NCBI GenBank assembly: GCA_050613775.1
Contig: JBODTK010000121.1
Location: 1 to 64,000 of the forward strand
From: Neocallimastix sp. 'constans'
Taxonomy: Eukaryota
Direction: 5' to 3'
DNA: 64,000 nt
Shown: positions 28,559-42,622 of the stretch, piece by piece
Layout of the letters: the number at the start of each line of letters is the position of its first letter
How positions within the stretch are numbered: position 1 is the stretch's first letter
The notes under the pieces: generated by a model
The model's input: the letters and a program-made list of their open reading frames with translations, nothing else
Database searches by the model: none
Told to the model about the DNA's origin: nothing
Made by a program: the position numbers and the translations under genes

Positions 28559-28842
28559 CAAAAGGTAAAAAAATATAAAAATATAAAAAAAAAAAAATAT
28601 AAAAATATAAAAAAAAAATATAAAAAGGTAAAAAGGTAAAAAAAAAAAAAAAATAAGAAAAAAATTAAAATAAATAGGTAAAAAAAAATAAAAAAATAGA
28701 AAGAAATAAAAAAAATAAAAAGAAATAAAAAAAAATAAAAAAATAAAAAAAAAAAAAATAAAATAAAAAATAAAAAAAAAATAAAAAAAATAAAAAGAAA
28801 TAAAATATATCATTTAGTATTTACATATATAGTTAAAATAAA

Positions 28843-29406
28843 ATGGTTTCCTTAAATTCTGAAAATATAATTATTTTTTATGACAAAGAATTTATTTCAA
28901 ATCATGAAAGTTCATTTTATATGGAAAAAAATATTACAAATTCAGATTTTATTATCCTTGATGAAAATGATAAAATATTATATAAAATGAAATATCATTA
29001 TTTAAAAAATTGTGTAGAACTTTATGATTCTAATAATTCAAAAATATTACATGTCAAACCAAACGCTTATTTAAGTTCTACTGAATATGATATTAAATTT
29101 ATAAAGTATAATAAACAAAAAAGAATAATTTTTAAATATAATTTAAAAGATATACCAACTCCTAGCTTCAAAGCTGAGTTTATCAATGAAGAAACTGGAG
29201 AAGAAGATTTTTTAGAGATATACTGTGAATCTAGAAGTCCAAGTTGTTTTTATATTTATCATTTAAATAAAAAAGACAATGAACAACCTATTTGCAAAAT
29301 TTTATACCAATCCACTAAATCTAAAATAGAAATTGCTAGAAATGTAGATTATACTTTAATATTTATGATTGTAGATTATATTAGACGAACTAATAGATTC
29401 ATTTAA
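28843..29406 (+). CDS. LURP-one-related / Tubby C-terminal-like protein
   Basis: 187-aa intact ORF. Pattern DFIILDENDKILYK...VELYDSNNSKIL...IEIARNVDYTLIFMI (beta-barrel followed by terminal hydrophobic helix). Confidence 0.65.
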   Translation: MVSLNSENIIIFYDKEFISNHESSFYMEKNITNSDFIILDENDKILYKMKYHYLKNCVELYDSNNSKILHVKPNAYLSSTEYDIKFIKYNKQKRIIFKYNLKDIPTPSFKAEFINEETGEEDFLEIYCESRSPSCFYIYHLNKKDNEQPICKILYQSTKSKIEIARNVDYTLIFMIVDYIRRTNRFI

Positions 29407-29800
29407 TAAATCATGTATTAAATATATATACATCTTTATTAATTATAAATTATAATTAAATAAATTTTTTTTTTAATTATAATATTAAAAAATTAAACAA
29501 ATAAATAAATAAAACATGTATAAATAAAAATAAATGAATAAATATATAAATAAATAAGAAAATAAATAAATATATTAATATATAAATAAATAAATAAGAA
29601 AATAAAAAAAATATTAATAAAAATATAAATAAATAAATAAATAAATAAATAAATCTTTGTAATATTAAAATAAATAATGATAAAAAAAAATCTGTTCATT
29701 AAAATATGAGTATATATTACAATTTATTTAATTTTTTTTGTTCGGTAAATATTAATTAAAAGTTATAATTTTGAAATTTCAATAATGTAAATAGGTTAAA

Positions 29801-29839
<39 letters not shown>

Positions 29840-29962
29840 TATAATTTATATATTTCTACCTTTAAAATAAATAAAGATTAAAGCTCGCAATAATTGCGGT
29901 TATGAAAAAAAAAAAAATATTTATTAATAATTCATTATTATTTTAAATACAACTTAAAATAT

Positions 29963-29993
<31 letters not shown>

Positions 29994-30087
29994 TTATTTA
30001 TTATTTATTTATTTATTTATTTATTTATTATTTATTATTTATTATTTATTATTTATTATTTATTTATTTATTTATTATTTATTATAT

Positions 30088-30162
<75 letters not shown>

Positions 30163-30449
30163 TCAAAAAAAAAAAAAGAAAAATAAAAAAAAAAAGAAAA
30201 AAAAAGAAAAATATAAAAATAAGATACCATAAAATAATAAATCAAAGTTTAATAAATTTAAATTAAAAAAAATAAAAAAAAAAAAAAAAAAAAGAAAAGA
30301 AAGAAAGAAATAAAGAATAATAATATACAATAAAATAATTTACAATAAAATAATTTACAATAAAATAATATAAAATAAATGCCATAAAATTAAAAAAAAA
30401 AAAAAAATATAAAATAAATAATATAAAATAAATACTATAAAACAAAATC

Positions 30450-30480
<31 letters not shown>

Positions 30481-32276
30481 ATTATAATATGGCAAATATA
30501 TATATTGATTAATTGAGTATGAAACCGGTATGTATTAACTATTAATAAAAATACATTTTAAAATAAAGAAATTAAAAATAATATAAAGAGTAATAAATAA
30601 AGTAAAAATAAGTAATATAAAATTCATTAAGTGTAATAAAATAATAAAAATATTATAATTTAATGAGTATAATAAAATAATAATAATAATAATAAAATGA
30701 AAAAATAAATATAACGAAATACAATAAAATATTTTAAAAATAAAAATAATTAAATGTAGACATATATATATAGATATTAAAATATAATTTTAAAAAAAAA
30801 TAATTTATAAAGAACTAAATTTTTTTTTTCTTTTTTTAAAAAAGTAATTAAATATAATGTACTTATATTTATAATTATCAATAAAATAAATTTAATTCAC
30901 TTTTATAATTTCATAATATTACCAAATATTATATGTAATATCATTTACTATTTTAGGTAATATTTAAATCAAATCCATTTTTACAGAGATTGATTTCATT
31001 CTTATTGAATGTAATCAATCTCTGTATTTATTTAATATTAAAATAGCGTTCATAGCTAAAGTAAAAATAATACTAATAATATAGATTTCATAGTGTTTAT
31101 TTATAAAACTTTATTTTAAATATTTAAATATTTTTTTTTATTTCTTAAATATCTTGTATTATATACTTTATTTATTTTTTAAATATGTAGATAAATTTTA
31201 TTTATATTTTTAATAAATTCATTTATTGAATTTATTTATTTTTATTCTTTTTTTTTTTTTTTTAATTTTATCCATCATTATTATAATAATATATATTAAT
31301 AGTTATACATAATTAATGACTATGGAAATAAAACTTTGTTCTTCAAATAAAATCTTTATTTAGCTAAAAATAATTTTTAAATACATTGAAAATAAAAAGG
31401 ATTTATTTAATGTTGATAAATATTATTTATATTTTGGTTAATCAATAAAATAAATCTTTTTTATTTTCTATATAGAAATTATAGCCTAGAATTTATATAT
31501 ATTATATTTTTATTGTTTTTATTTAATTGTGTAAATATAATATGTTGAGTATATATATTTATTATTCTTTAAAAGGAAACTATTTATTAAAAGGAAATTA
31601 AATAAATTTATAAAAAATTACTATAAGAAATAAAATTTGTTAGTATCTAATTCCTTATTAAATATTAACTTGGTCCTATGATAAACCTTATAAGATAAAG
31701 AATGAAATATAAGAAAAATGTATATATTTATAATTATATTTATATTTATAATTTTGCCTAACTCTAAAATATTTATATTTAATTTAAATAATATTTATTA
31801 TTAGTATATTAAAAGTATAATAATAAAATAATGTAAATAATATTATTATAAAATAGAAATTACAAAATGATAAAAAATATAATAAAATAAACATTAACAT
31901 TAAAATTATATAAATATAAATATATATATAAAGATAATTATGAACTATTCACGTATTTACAAAATTATAAAAATTATGTTATACATTTTATGTCTAATAT
32001 TGTGTTTATTATAAACTATGTTTTTTTCTTTTTTAAATCAATTATTATAGAAATTTAATCAGAATATTTTCTTTTGTCAAAAATATAAAAGTTTTTTTTA
32101 TTTAATTTAAATATTATATTTAATAATTTTTATATTAATGTATAAATAAAAAAGAAGAAAACTTTAAATGTATTTAAAAAAATTTAATTATATTTTATGA
32201 TGAAATAATATTTAAGAACTTGAATTTGAATTTTTATATATTATAATTATTTTTTTTTTCTTTTTATAAAAATTAT

Positions 32277-32400
32277 ATATATTACTTCTTAGAATAAATC
32301 AAAATAAATATATTATTTCTTAGAATAAATCAAAATAAATATATTATTTCTTAGAATAAATCAAAATAAATATATTATTTCTTAGAATAAATCAAAATAT
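32277..32400. repeat. Minisatellite, ATATTATTTCTTAGAATAAATCAAAATAAAT (31 bp) x4
   Basis: Directly visible. Confidence 0.9.
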
Positions 32401-33075
32401 ATATAAATAATTGACCTTTTTTTTTTAATAATGAATAAAAATAAAACATATTTTTATGATTTAACAAGGAAATATAGAAAAATATAATATTCCAAAAATG
32501 ATAAATTATTAAAGCATAATAATTTTAAAAATTATAAAAAAAATGTATATATTATTATAAATAGAAAAGGAAAAATTTAAATTAATATACTGAATATATT
32601 AAATAAATTTTATATGTAGCGTTTGTAGAATAATTTATTAATCATCAGGACATAAAATATTTAATTAATAATAAAAATCAATTTTTTTTTTTTCTTTGGA
32701 TTTATTAATGATTATAAAAATTTTAATTTGTACTTCATTTATAAATCTATAGTATATTATTCAATTGATTTGTAAAAAATTAATATATTGAATTTAATAT
32801 AATCTCTATGTAGTTAAATAAAAAAATTTCATTTACACAAACAATTAAATAGAATTAAAGAATAATTATTTCGTAAATAAACAAGAAATATTTATATTTA
32901 AATAAATAAATATATATTTAAAATTAAATAAGTAAAATAAAATAAAAATTAATATAAAAATAAAGACTTTTGGTTTATTTAGTTTATTAAAATTATAAAT
33001 AAATTTAAAAATCAACAATTAATAAAGAAATAAATACATAAAATTAAAGAATAATAAATATTTTATATCTATAAC

Positions 33076-33675
33076 ATGTTAGGAAATAATTTTGAAACAT
33101 TAAATCAAGAAAATGACTATTCTAATGAATCTAGGAAAATTGGGATTTATGAAAAATATATATATAATCATCCCATGGTTCTAAAATTTGATTATTCTTT
33201 ATTTAAAAAGCCAAATTTCATTATCAACGATGAAAATAACAATCCTTTATTTAAATTTAATAAAAAAAACACTGGTAAAATATTAGACATGAATGATAAT
33301 GTTATTCTTAATTTCCGTTTAGAAATAGTTAATTCTCTTGATATGAAATTACATACATACGTTGATAACGAGATATTTAATAAAAATATAATTGAAATTT
33401 CTCGAATTGATAAGTATCGTTACCAGCTTATTCTTTTAAATAATGAAAAAACTAAGATAAAGCTATTAGTTATTGGGGAAAATAGTAAAAATTTAAAAAT
33501 TTACTATTATAAAGATTTGGAGAAAGTAGAAATTTGTGATAATTCTTATAATGATGGTGAAAATACTTTAAGAATTAAACCTGGAGTTGATATTCTCTTG
33601 GCTTTTTCAGTTATATTCTCAATTTTACAACTACATGAAGCTAATAACTTATTTTTGGGAAAACCTTTGAAATAG
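33076..33675 (+). CDS. LURP-one-related / Tubby C-terminal-like protein (distant paralog of 28843)
   Basis: 199-aa intact ORF: NFIINDENNNPLFKF...ILDMNDNVIL...LRIKPGVDILLAFSVI. Confidence 0.7.
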   Translation: MLGNNFETLNQENDYSNESRKIGIYEKYIYNHPMVLKFDYSLFKKPNFIINDENNNPLFKFNKKNTGKILDMNDNVILNFRLEIVNSLDMKLHTYVDNEIFNKNIIEISRIDKYRYQLILLNNEKTKIKLLVIGENSKNLKIYYYKDLEKVEICDNSYNDGENTLRIKPGVDILLAFSVIFSILQLHEANNLFLGKPLK

Positions 33676-34204
33676 AAAATATAAATAATTTATATTTATT
33701 TTTTTTAAATATATAAATGAATTGTTAAATGTAATATCAGAAAAAAAAAATAAAAAATAAAGAATATAAATAATTTGTATATATTGTTTTTTAATATATA
33801 AATGAATTGTTAATTGTAATATAAAAAAAAAATAAAAAATAAAAAATAAAATAAAATAAAATAAAATAAAATTAAAAATTTATTGTTTAGTTATGTGATC
33901 TTAATATATAAAAATATTGAATTAAATTTCATGAATTAAAATAATTATAATAAGGTCAATGTAATTATTAATAAAAAAATAAAATATTTGAAAGATTTCA
34001 TATCATTTTTATAAAAAAAAAATAATAATAAATAAATAAATAAATAAATAAAGTAAAAAAAAAAAAAAAAAAATAATTTTAAAATTTTAAAATAAAAAAG
34101 AAGTAATAAAAAAAAAAATATATTAATTGTCCAATAAGAACATAATAATATTTAAAATAATAATATGAAATAAAAAAGTAATATTCAAAAAATAAAGTAT
34201 ATTA

Positions 34205-34355
34205 ATAAATTCAGAAAAAAGTTCCTATGCAACGAACCTCACTTCCTTAAAGATTAGGGTTTGAATTGATTATCTGAAAGAAATTTCTTCTCCTTCAGAG
34301 GTATTGGCCCCTGCTAGCCTGTCTTACTGAATTTTCAGTGTTGATGCTCCACTTT
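34205..34355 (-). mobile_element. Dispersed repeat, probable 3' end of a non-LTR retrotransposon (homologous to 59340-59690)
   Basis: Shares GAACCTCAC, CTTCTCCTTCAGAG and GCCTGTCTTACTGAATT with the 59.4-kb copy. The minus strand reads SINTENSVRQA...NTSEGE. Confidence 0.6.
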
Positions 34356-34456
34356 TCGTTTAATAAAATATTTTTAATGTATTAAAAATAAACATATATA
34401 TATTTATCCTTTTTTTTTTATTATTATTATTTTTATTATTATGTATAATATTTACA

Positions 34457-35005
34457 ATGTTATACTATTCTTTCATTTATAAAGAAAATTTAAAATCAAT
34501 TATATTATTTTTCGCTATATTCTTTTATGGTTTAAATTGTTATAATCTAACTTTTCTATTTAGTACTTTATTTGGAAAAGTAAAAACAGCTGGGATTGCA
34601 ATTAGTTATATTGTTCTCATTCTTATATTTTGTAATATAGGTACTTCATATGTTGATATTGAAATAAGTAAAATTCTTTTACTTTTTTTTTTTTTTTTTA
34701 CAATATCTATTGGGTCATTTATTCAAGAGGTGCTCAAAACAAAAATTCAATGCATTAATATTACATTCAGTAGTCTTATAGAATCTAATGCTGATGTTTT
34801 ATTTCAAGGTTTAGTTTTTACGAATATTCTTTATCTTATTTTAACTTCTATTTTTAATAGCTTATTCTCTGAAAGTGGAAATTATCTTTTTAATAAATCA
34901 ATTAAAAAATCATAGGTTTTCAAAACATATATAAACTGGTATATATAAAAGAGATATTCAAGAAGACTTTCATTCAATCATAAAATAATGAAAAAATATA
35001 AAGTA
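34457..35005 (+). pseudogene. Fragment of an ABCA-family transporter (transmembrane region, ending just before the first NBD)
   Basis: Hydrophobic helices with FSTLFGKVKTAG, followed after a stop by RDIQEDF. No ATPase domain follows. Confidence 0.55.
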
Positions 35006-35007
35006 AA

Positions 35008-35317
35008 TGACAGTACCTACGTAATCCTCTCAGACTCATAGTTAGAACAGTATCTTGTCTGTATTACTTAGGAGATTTAGAATAATAATAATAATATATA
35101 AGAAGGAAATACTTACCTGTAACCCTAACTACCATATTCCGTAAAAACCTCTTGTGAGGAAAACCTGGAAAACGGTCATAGGGCGAGATAGAAACCAAAA
35201 GCCTTTATGTATGCTAGCCTATGAACTAATAACTTGGATAGAACTTGATTCGATGAACCCCATAGAAGGTAATATAACGACCATTAGAGAAATTTAAATT
35301 ATATTCAGAAAGTAACA
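35008..35317. mobile_element. Possible solo LTR (~310 bp)
   Basis: GC-elevated non-coding island bounded by TGACA... and ...TAACA. No convincing TSD. Confidence 0.3.
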
Positions 35318-36574
35318 AAAAAAAAAAAAATTAATTTATATATTTATGAAAACCTAATTTTTAATATATAATTTCTAATCTAATTTAAATTTTCTTTTCT
35401 TCTCTTTTTTTCTTTTATTTTTTTTATCTTCAATTAGGAATTATTTAATTAAAAATATTTTTTAGATTATAATACTTGAAATTTGATTAATTTTTTCTTT
35501 TCAAAAATTATATTTTTAATAATTTATTATTATTATTTGCAATATTATACTAATTTTTTTTTTTTAATATTATTAAAATATTATATTATAATTATTTTAT
35601 TATTATGCTTTAATAAAAATATTTTATTCATTATTATTATTCTTTTTGCTTTATTTTTATTTATTTACTTATTTTTATTTGCCTTTTCGTTATTTGGAAT
35701 TATTCAATTATTATTATACAAAATTTTTAAATAGTTATGAATATTGTTTATTATTATTGTTTTTAGTATTTTTTATTTAGTTATGACATTTAATAACCTA
35801 TTTTATTTATTACTTTATATTAACATATGGAATTTTGAAAAAGTAATTTTCAAATTTATAAAAATATTTAATGTAGTACAAAGTGAAACATAATTACATT
35901 CGTTCTGATAATACTTTATTTATCTTATCATTGAAAATCAAAATACAGTTTACAACGCAATAAAAATATATATATATATATCTACCATTTATATATGTAA
36001 AGATCAAAGATAAATAATTTTTTCAAATAGCTTTTAAAACTCACTAAATTTTTTTTAATTAGATATTAATAATATCGATAATTGTATTAAATAATATCTA
36101 GGGATAGTTTGACGTACATTATTTGGGACAATAATGTTATTATAGATTCTTTAATAAAATAAAATTTTAAACAATTATACTTATTTATTTAAATAATACT
36201 ATAATTTATGTATATATAAATTATAATATTATATTATAGTTAAAATCATATTAATTATAATAATATTTTATATTATAAAATATGAAATGATGCATCCTTT
36301 TGTTTCTAATGAAAAATACAAGCTATAATTAATGCGATAATTACTATTCCTAACATAAAAGCTTGGAATTCATAATTTAGTCTCATTGACTCACTCTCTT
36401 ACAGTTGATTTGGACTTTCAAAATATTCTTTGTTACAATAATTAGATACACATTAATCATCTGTATCACATGGAACTTCTAAACTTTCATATTGTTCGGC
36501 CGATTAAGACTGAGACTTTTATTCACTTAATGAAATATCAAATTTTATATATGCTTAAATAAATAAATAAATAA

Positions 36575-36608
<34 letters not shown>

Positions 36609-38089
36609 ACAAATATTTATTTATATTAGAAATATATCTTTATAAGAATATTTTATTAACATTAATATTTTATTTTAGTAATATTTTTTAAAAATAAAAA
36701 ATATCTTATTTTGAAATAATTATTTTTTATTTCTAAATATTTAGTTAAGTTTATTTTATTGCTATTTTTGTTATTGAAGATTTATTAATTATTATATTTT
36801 AGTATATAATTATTTTAACAATATAAATAATTTATTTTATTTTTATTAGTACTTTATTATTTTATATTACTACACTATATATATATATATTTATTTATTT
36901 TATTTTTTTCTCAAATTAATATGAAAATTCAAGCATTTAAATCTATTTGATATAAATGATGATAAAATCATCTAATCATTAAAAAAAATTCTTAAAAATT
37001 TATTATTCCTAAAAGAAAAATACGGTTTTGATTATTCACCAAATAATATAATACTTAACATTGACTTATATATTAGGAAGTACAGCAGGTGAACAAGCTG
37101 GAAATTTTTATAAAACTATTTTCCATATCTATCAAATATTTGAAATGGTTGATCAAAGAATCATGACTTTGAAAGTTTTGTCACTTCTACAATTCATAAA
37201 TTAAATCAACTCTAATAAATAAAGGTAAAGAATCAAATATAATTTGCTTACATGACGTTATTTTTAGTATTGTCCATATCAATATTACTACTAATAAATC
37301 AAATACTTAAATTTCTGGTTCTTCTGAATAAAAATAGTTAGTTTCTAATTGGTCAATAGTTGAAGAAAGATATAAAATCTGTTCTATTATATTTATGAAT
37401 ATAAGTAAATATAGTATGAATGAACTTAATGTTAACCGAATACATTCAGGAAATCGAAGAATGGATAAAAAATATGGATCCAAAATTAAATAATATATGA
37501 AGAACTGTAAAATAATATACTTTGCTTGAACATGATAATAACTTGATTTAAATTTGGACTAAATATATATATATATTTATTAATTGGTTTATTATTATAT
37601 TTTAAAGTAACTAATATATTGTGTATTGAATATTTAAATATTAAACATATAAATAAAATATTACGTATAATAATTATATTTAAAAAAAAAATAAAAATTA
37701 AAAAAAAAAAAATAATAATAATAATTATTAAATATAAATTATTGGTTTTATTGACACGGTTTAAAAATTATTTCCATGATATTTTTTTAATGTTTTAAAA
37801 AAGGAAAATTTTCATATTTATTAAATATTATTGTAATTTTATGGTGAAAATAATAAATAATAATAATAATTATAAATAATAAATAATAATAATAATAATT
37901 ATAAATAATGAATAATGAATAATGAATAATGAATAATGAATAAATAATAAATAAAAAATAATAAATAAAAAATAATAAATAATAAATAATAAATAATAAA
38001 TAATAAATAATAAATAATAAATAATAAATAATAATTAAATAAAAAAGAATAATAATACTAGATAATTAAATGATATATATGCTTATTTT

Positions 38090-38350
38090 TACTTTTTTTA
38101 ATAATAGTAGATTACAATCAAAAAAAAAAAAAATAATATTTTTTACTATATAATTTTGTATAAAGATAAATTTAGAAATCACAATATCACACAAAATTAA
38201 TTATAAATTTTTTATATTTTCATATTTTTTAATAATAGTAAATTACAATCAAAAAAAATAGTAATATCTTTTATTTTTTATTTTATAATTTTGTATAAAG
38301 ATAAATTTAGAGATCATATTATCGCACAAAAACAATTATAAATTTTTTCA
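38090..38350. repeat. Imperfect tandem duplication, ~130 bp x2
   Basis: ATAATAGTA.ATTACAATCAAAAAAA...TAATTTTGTATAAAGATAAATTTAGA occurs twice. Confidence 0.85.
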
Positions 38351-39730
38351 TATAAGTAATTTCAAAAATGAATGTATTTATGAAATTTATTTTATATATA
38401 AATTAATTTAATTTATTATTTTTTTTTTTTAAAAAAATTTAATTTATTTATTATAAATAATAATCTTAAAAGGATATATAAAAATGTCTTAGAAAAATAA
38501 TACTATATAATATAAAAAGGTATATTATATATAAAAATAATAAAAATTTTGGAAAATTATCTTTTATAATTTTCCTTTTTTTTTTTTAAAAAAAAAAATT
38601 ATTATATTAAATTTATAATTCATAAAGTTTTTTATATTAATAGATTTTCAAAATTAAAATTAATATCAAAGATACTCAAATTAATATTTTTAATATTATT
38701 CCTTTTTTTTTTTTTTTTTTTAAATTTCTCTGAAAAGATAATTTTTATTTAAATCAATTTTGAATTTTATTAATAAATAGAGTTTTGAAAGGAAAATAAA
38801 AGTATTTTAATTTAAAAAAAAAAAAAAAAGAATCATATTACATAAAAAATAATTTAAATAATTAGTATTTAAACTTTTTTTTAATATTAATATCTATGTA
38901 TTCATTATGAATAATTATTAAAATTAAAAGAATTAGTCATTATATTCTTAATTCATCCAAATTTATTAAATATTATTATTATTCATTTTTATTCTGCTTA
39001 TAAGCGGAATATTTTTTTCTTTTTATTAAAGTTATTTATTATTAAAGTTTTAATAAATTTTTAAATAAATGAAAATGCAAATCTTCCACTAATTAATCTT
39101 AATTTTGTCTTTGTATTTTAGAAGATCTTTTAATTGAGCGCCATGACAAAAAATATTAAAAAAATATTAAATTAACTTTTTTGGAAAATATTTTAGTTTA
39201 ATAATAAATATTAATTTAAAAATTAATTTATATAATTTGTTAAAGTAATGAAATTATTGGTTGATATTATTTTTAATTATTATTTAAATTAATTTATTTA
39301 ATTATTAATTTAAATATTAAAATTTTTTTGAGCATCATCTATTGTATATATGAAAATCAAAAGGATATTAATAGGTTATTCTCAAATTTTATTTGTTAAA
39401 ATATTTATATCATTTTATTAATTATAATTAAAAATCTATGATTATCATTAAGGTTATAATTTGATTTTCTTTATATATTAAAAATGGTCAAAAAGATTAA
39501 TAATAATAAAGATAATACTAAAATAATAATACTAAAGTAATAATAATAATAATAATAAAGAAATCATAAAATTAATAAATAAATATTATTATAAATTATA
39601 ATCAATAAAATTTATTATATTAAAAATATTAATTAATAATATATTATTTATATGAATTTAATATATTTTAATATATAATAAAAATTTTTAATTTTTTAAA
39701 TTCTGATTAATATAAATATCTTTTTTTTTT

Positions 39731-39762
<32 letters not shown>

Positions 39763-39994
39763 TCATTTTGTTTTAAATTTAAATATAAACATTTAAATTT
39801 AAATATAAAATTTTTTTATTATATTTGATATATAATAAAAGAAATTAAAAAAAAAAAAAAAAATAAAATTAAACAATAAAAAAATAATTGTAGTTGTAAA
39901 AGATACAAGACAAATATTTTATTTTCAATTATATAGAATTTTATTAAACTAAATAATAAAATAATTAATTACATATACATATAAAAATAGAAAT

Positions 39995-40031
<37 letters not shown>

Positions 40032-40043
40032 GTTTAATAAAAT

Positions 40044-42518
40044 ATGGAATATTTTAAATTTATAAAGTTATTTATAACATTAGTCATATTAGTGGTAGCA
40101 ACAGCAGCTACTACTGTAAATAATCCAATTATATGGGCTGATGTACCTGATCCAGATATTATTAGAGTAGATGATACATATTATATGGTTAGTACTACTA
40201 TGTACTTCACTCCAGGTGCTCCAATTATGAAATCAAAGGATCTTGTATCATGGGAAATTGTTACTTACACCTATGATATTTTAGCCAATGGTGATGTTCA
40301 AACTCTTTCTAGAGGTCAACATGATTATTCTCATGGTTCATGGGCTGCAAGTTTACGTTATAATAAAGGAATTTTCTATGTATTCTTTGGTAGTTATGGT
40401 ACAAATAAATCTTATATATTTAAAACTAAGGATATTGAAAGTGGAAAATGGGAACGTTTTGAAATTAACGGAATGTACCATGATGCTTCCATTCTTTTCG
40501 ATGATGATGGTAGAAATTACCTCGTTTATGGAGGTGGTGGTGAAATTAAGATTAAGGAATTTAATGCGGAAATGACCAATTTTAAATGGGGAGGTCTTGA
40601 TAAAACTTTATTTAGAACTAATCTTTCTGGTCTCGCTGGTGAAGGATCTCATGTTATGAAAATTAATGGATATTACTATGTATTTATTATTGCTTGGCCA
40701 AGTGGTAAAGGTCGTATTGAAATTTGTTACCGTAGTAAAGACCTCACTGGTTACTATGAAAACAAAACAGTTTTAGATTCAGGATTAGGTTCCTATGGTA
40801 GTGGTGTTGCCCAAGGTGGTATTGTAGATACCCCTGATGGTAAAAAATGGTTTGGATTATTATTCCAAGATCATGGTGCTGTCGGTAGAATTCCAGTTCT
40901 TGTTCCAGTTAATTGGCAAAATGGATGGCCAATGATGGGTGTTAACGGTAAAGCTCCACTTACTTTACAAATTGATGGAGGATTCAAAGGAAGCAAACTT
41001 GCTAAAAGTGATGACTTTAATTACGACAGTAATCATTTAGATTTAGTATGGCAATGGAATCACAATCCAGATAATTCTGCTTGGTCTGTTACTGAACGTC
41101 CAGGTTGGTTACGTCTTAAAAATAAACATGTTGCTTCTGAAATACTTAAAGCTAGAAATACTCTTACCATGCGTACGGAGGGTCCAGCATGTAGCAGTGT
41201 TGTTAAGTTAGATGTAACTAATTTAAAGGTTGGTGATTACGCTGGTCTTTCTGCTTTTCAATATAATTACGGTAATGTTGGTGTTTATGTTGCTGATAAC
41301 GGTGAAAAACGTATATACATGGCTAGTAACGGTAATACCAATGGAGATGTCATCAAGGATAGTAGAAACAATATTGTTCAAGAAACAAAATTAAATGGTA
41401 ATGAAGTCTACCTTAAATTAGATTTCCGTTTTAGTAATGTTGAACGTGATGGAAGTGCTTCATGGAATATTGATAAGGTAAACTTTTATTATTCTTACGA
41501 TGGTAGTAAATGGACTAAAATTGGTAAGGAAATTGGTATGACCTATGATCTTAAACTCTTCACCGGTTACAGAAGTGGTCTTTTTAGTTACCCAACTAAA
41601 AATACTGGTGGTTATGCTGACTTTGACTTCTTTAAATATGAACGTGAAAAGTGGAATCAAGGTACTATTGCTAGTGACGACGATACTAAGACCGTTTATC
41701 CTGGTAATCAAGAAAGTAATCAAGGTAATAATAATGATCAAAACCAAGCCACTCCAAGTAGTGGTGATATAAAAGATGGTAATTATTACATTAAGAGTAA
41801 TTTCGCCAATAAATATCTTGTTGTTAGGGATGGTAGAGGTGCCAATGCTCAAAATGTTGAAATTGGTTCCACTAAGCAAAAATGGAAAATTACAAATAAT
41901 GATGATGGTACAGTTTATATTGTAAGTGAATTTGGTAATTTCTCTTTAGATGTTGATAGAGGTTCCGGTGACAATGGTGCCAACATTCAAATTTATTCTC
42001 ATCACGGAGGAGAAGCTCAAAAATTCATTATTAGAGAAACTAATCAATCTGGCGTTTATGTTATTGATACTCAAGCTAGTAATGGATATAGAGCTCTTGA
42101 TGTTGAAGGTGAGAGAACTTCTGAAGGTACTAATGTTTGTCAATGGGATGATTCCGGTAAGAGTAATCAAACTTGGACTTTTGAATCTGCCGATCCTAAA
42201 AGTAATAGCGACAGTAGTAATAATGATAATAAGAATCAAAATAATAATACTACTAGTTGTTGGTCAAAAGCATTAGGTTACACATGTTGTTCTACTTGTA
42301 CATCCGTTATTGACAGTGATGCCAGTGGTGATTGGGGAATTGAGAATGGTGAATGGTGTGGTATTCCAGAAAGTTGTAGTAAAAGCAATGCTACCTGTAA
42401 AGGAGCTCAAGGATATCCATGCTGTCAAAAAACATGTGAAGTATATTCCACAGATAGTGATGGTAGTTGGAATATTGAAAATAATGACTGGTGTTTAATT
42501 GACAAATCAAAGTGTTAA
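40044..42518 (+). CDS. Secreted GH43 beta-xylosidase/arabinofuranosidase with C-terminal beta-sandwich, ricin-type CBM13 and two fungal dockerins (cellulosomal)
   Basis: Intact 824-aa single-exon ORF. Signal peptide; ADVPDPDIIRV, SWAAS, HDASILFDDDG and EGSH GH43 motifs; WQWNHNP; QKW/QKF/QTW ricin repeats; CWSKALGYTCC...WGIENGEWCGI and GYPCC...WNIENNDWC. Confidence 0.95.
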   Translation: MEYFKFIKLFITLVILVVATAATTVNNPIIWADVPDPDIIRVDDTYYMVSTTMYFTPGAPIMKSKDLVSWEIVTYTYDILANGDVQTLSRGQHDYSHGSWAASLRYNKGIFYVFFGSYGTNKSYIFKTKDIESGKWERFEINGMYHDASILFDDDGRNYLVYGGGGEIKIKEFNAEMTNFKWGGLDKTLFRTNLSGLAGEGSHVMKINGYYYVFIIAWPSGKGRIEICYRSKDLTGYYENKTVLDSGLGSYGSGVAQGGIVDTPDGKKWFGLLFQDHGAVGRIPVLVPVNWQNGWPMMGVNGKAPLTLQIDGGFKGSKLAKSDDFNYDSNHLDLVWQWNHNPDNSAWSVTERPGWLRLKNKHVASEILKARNTLTMRTEGPACSSVVKLDVTNLKVGDYAGLSAFQYNYGNVGVYVADNGEKRIYMASNGNTNGDVIKDSRNNIVQETKLNGNEVYLKLDFRFSNVERDGSASWNIDKVNFYYSYDGSKWTKIGKEIGMTYDLKLFTGYRSGLFSYPTKNTGGYADFDFFKYEREKWNQGTIASDDDTKTVYPGNQESNQGNNNDQNQATPSSGDIKDGNYYIKSNFANKYLVVRDGRGANAQNVEIGSTKQKWKITNNDDGTVYIVSEFGNFSLDVDRGSGDNGANIQIYSHHGGEAQKFIIRETNQSGVYVIDTQASNGYRALDVEGERTSEGTNVCQWDDSGKSNQTWTFESADPKSNSDSSNNDNKNQNNNTTSCWSKALGYTCCSTCTSVIDSDASGDWGIENGEWCGIPESCSKSNATCKGAQGYPCCQKTCEVYSTDSDGSWNIENNDWCLIDKSKC

Positions 42519-42583
42519 AATCTTGTAATTATCAACTTTTATTAAAATATCTGTTTATAATAACTATTAAATAAATTGAATAT

Positions 42584-42622
<39 letters not shown>

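Noticed and set aside
40288..42498. Overlapping alternative-frame and antisense ORFs in GH43 (also in GH26, MATE and the pseudogenes)
   Set aside because: They are shadows of real coding frames with no independent motifs.
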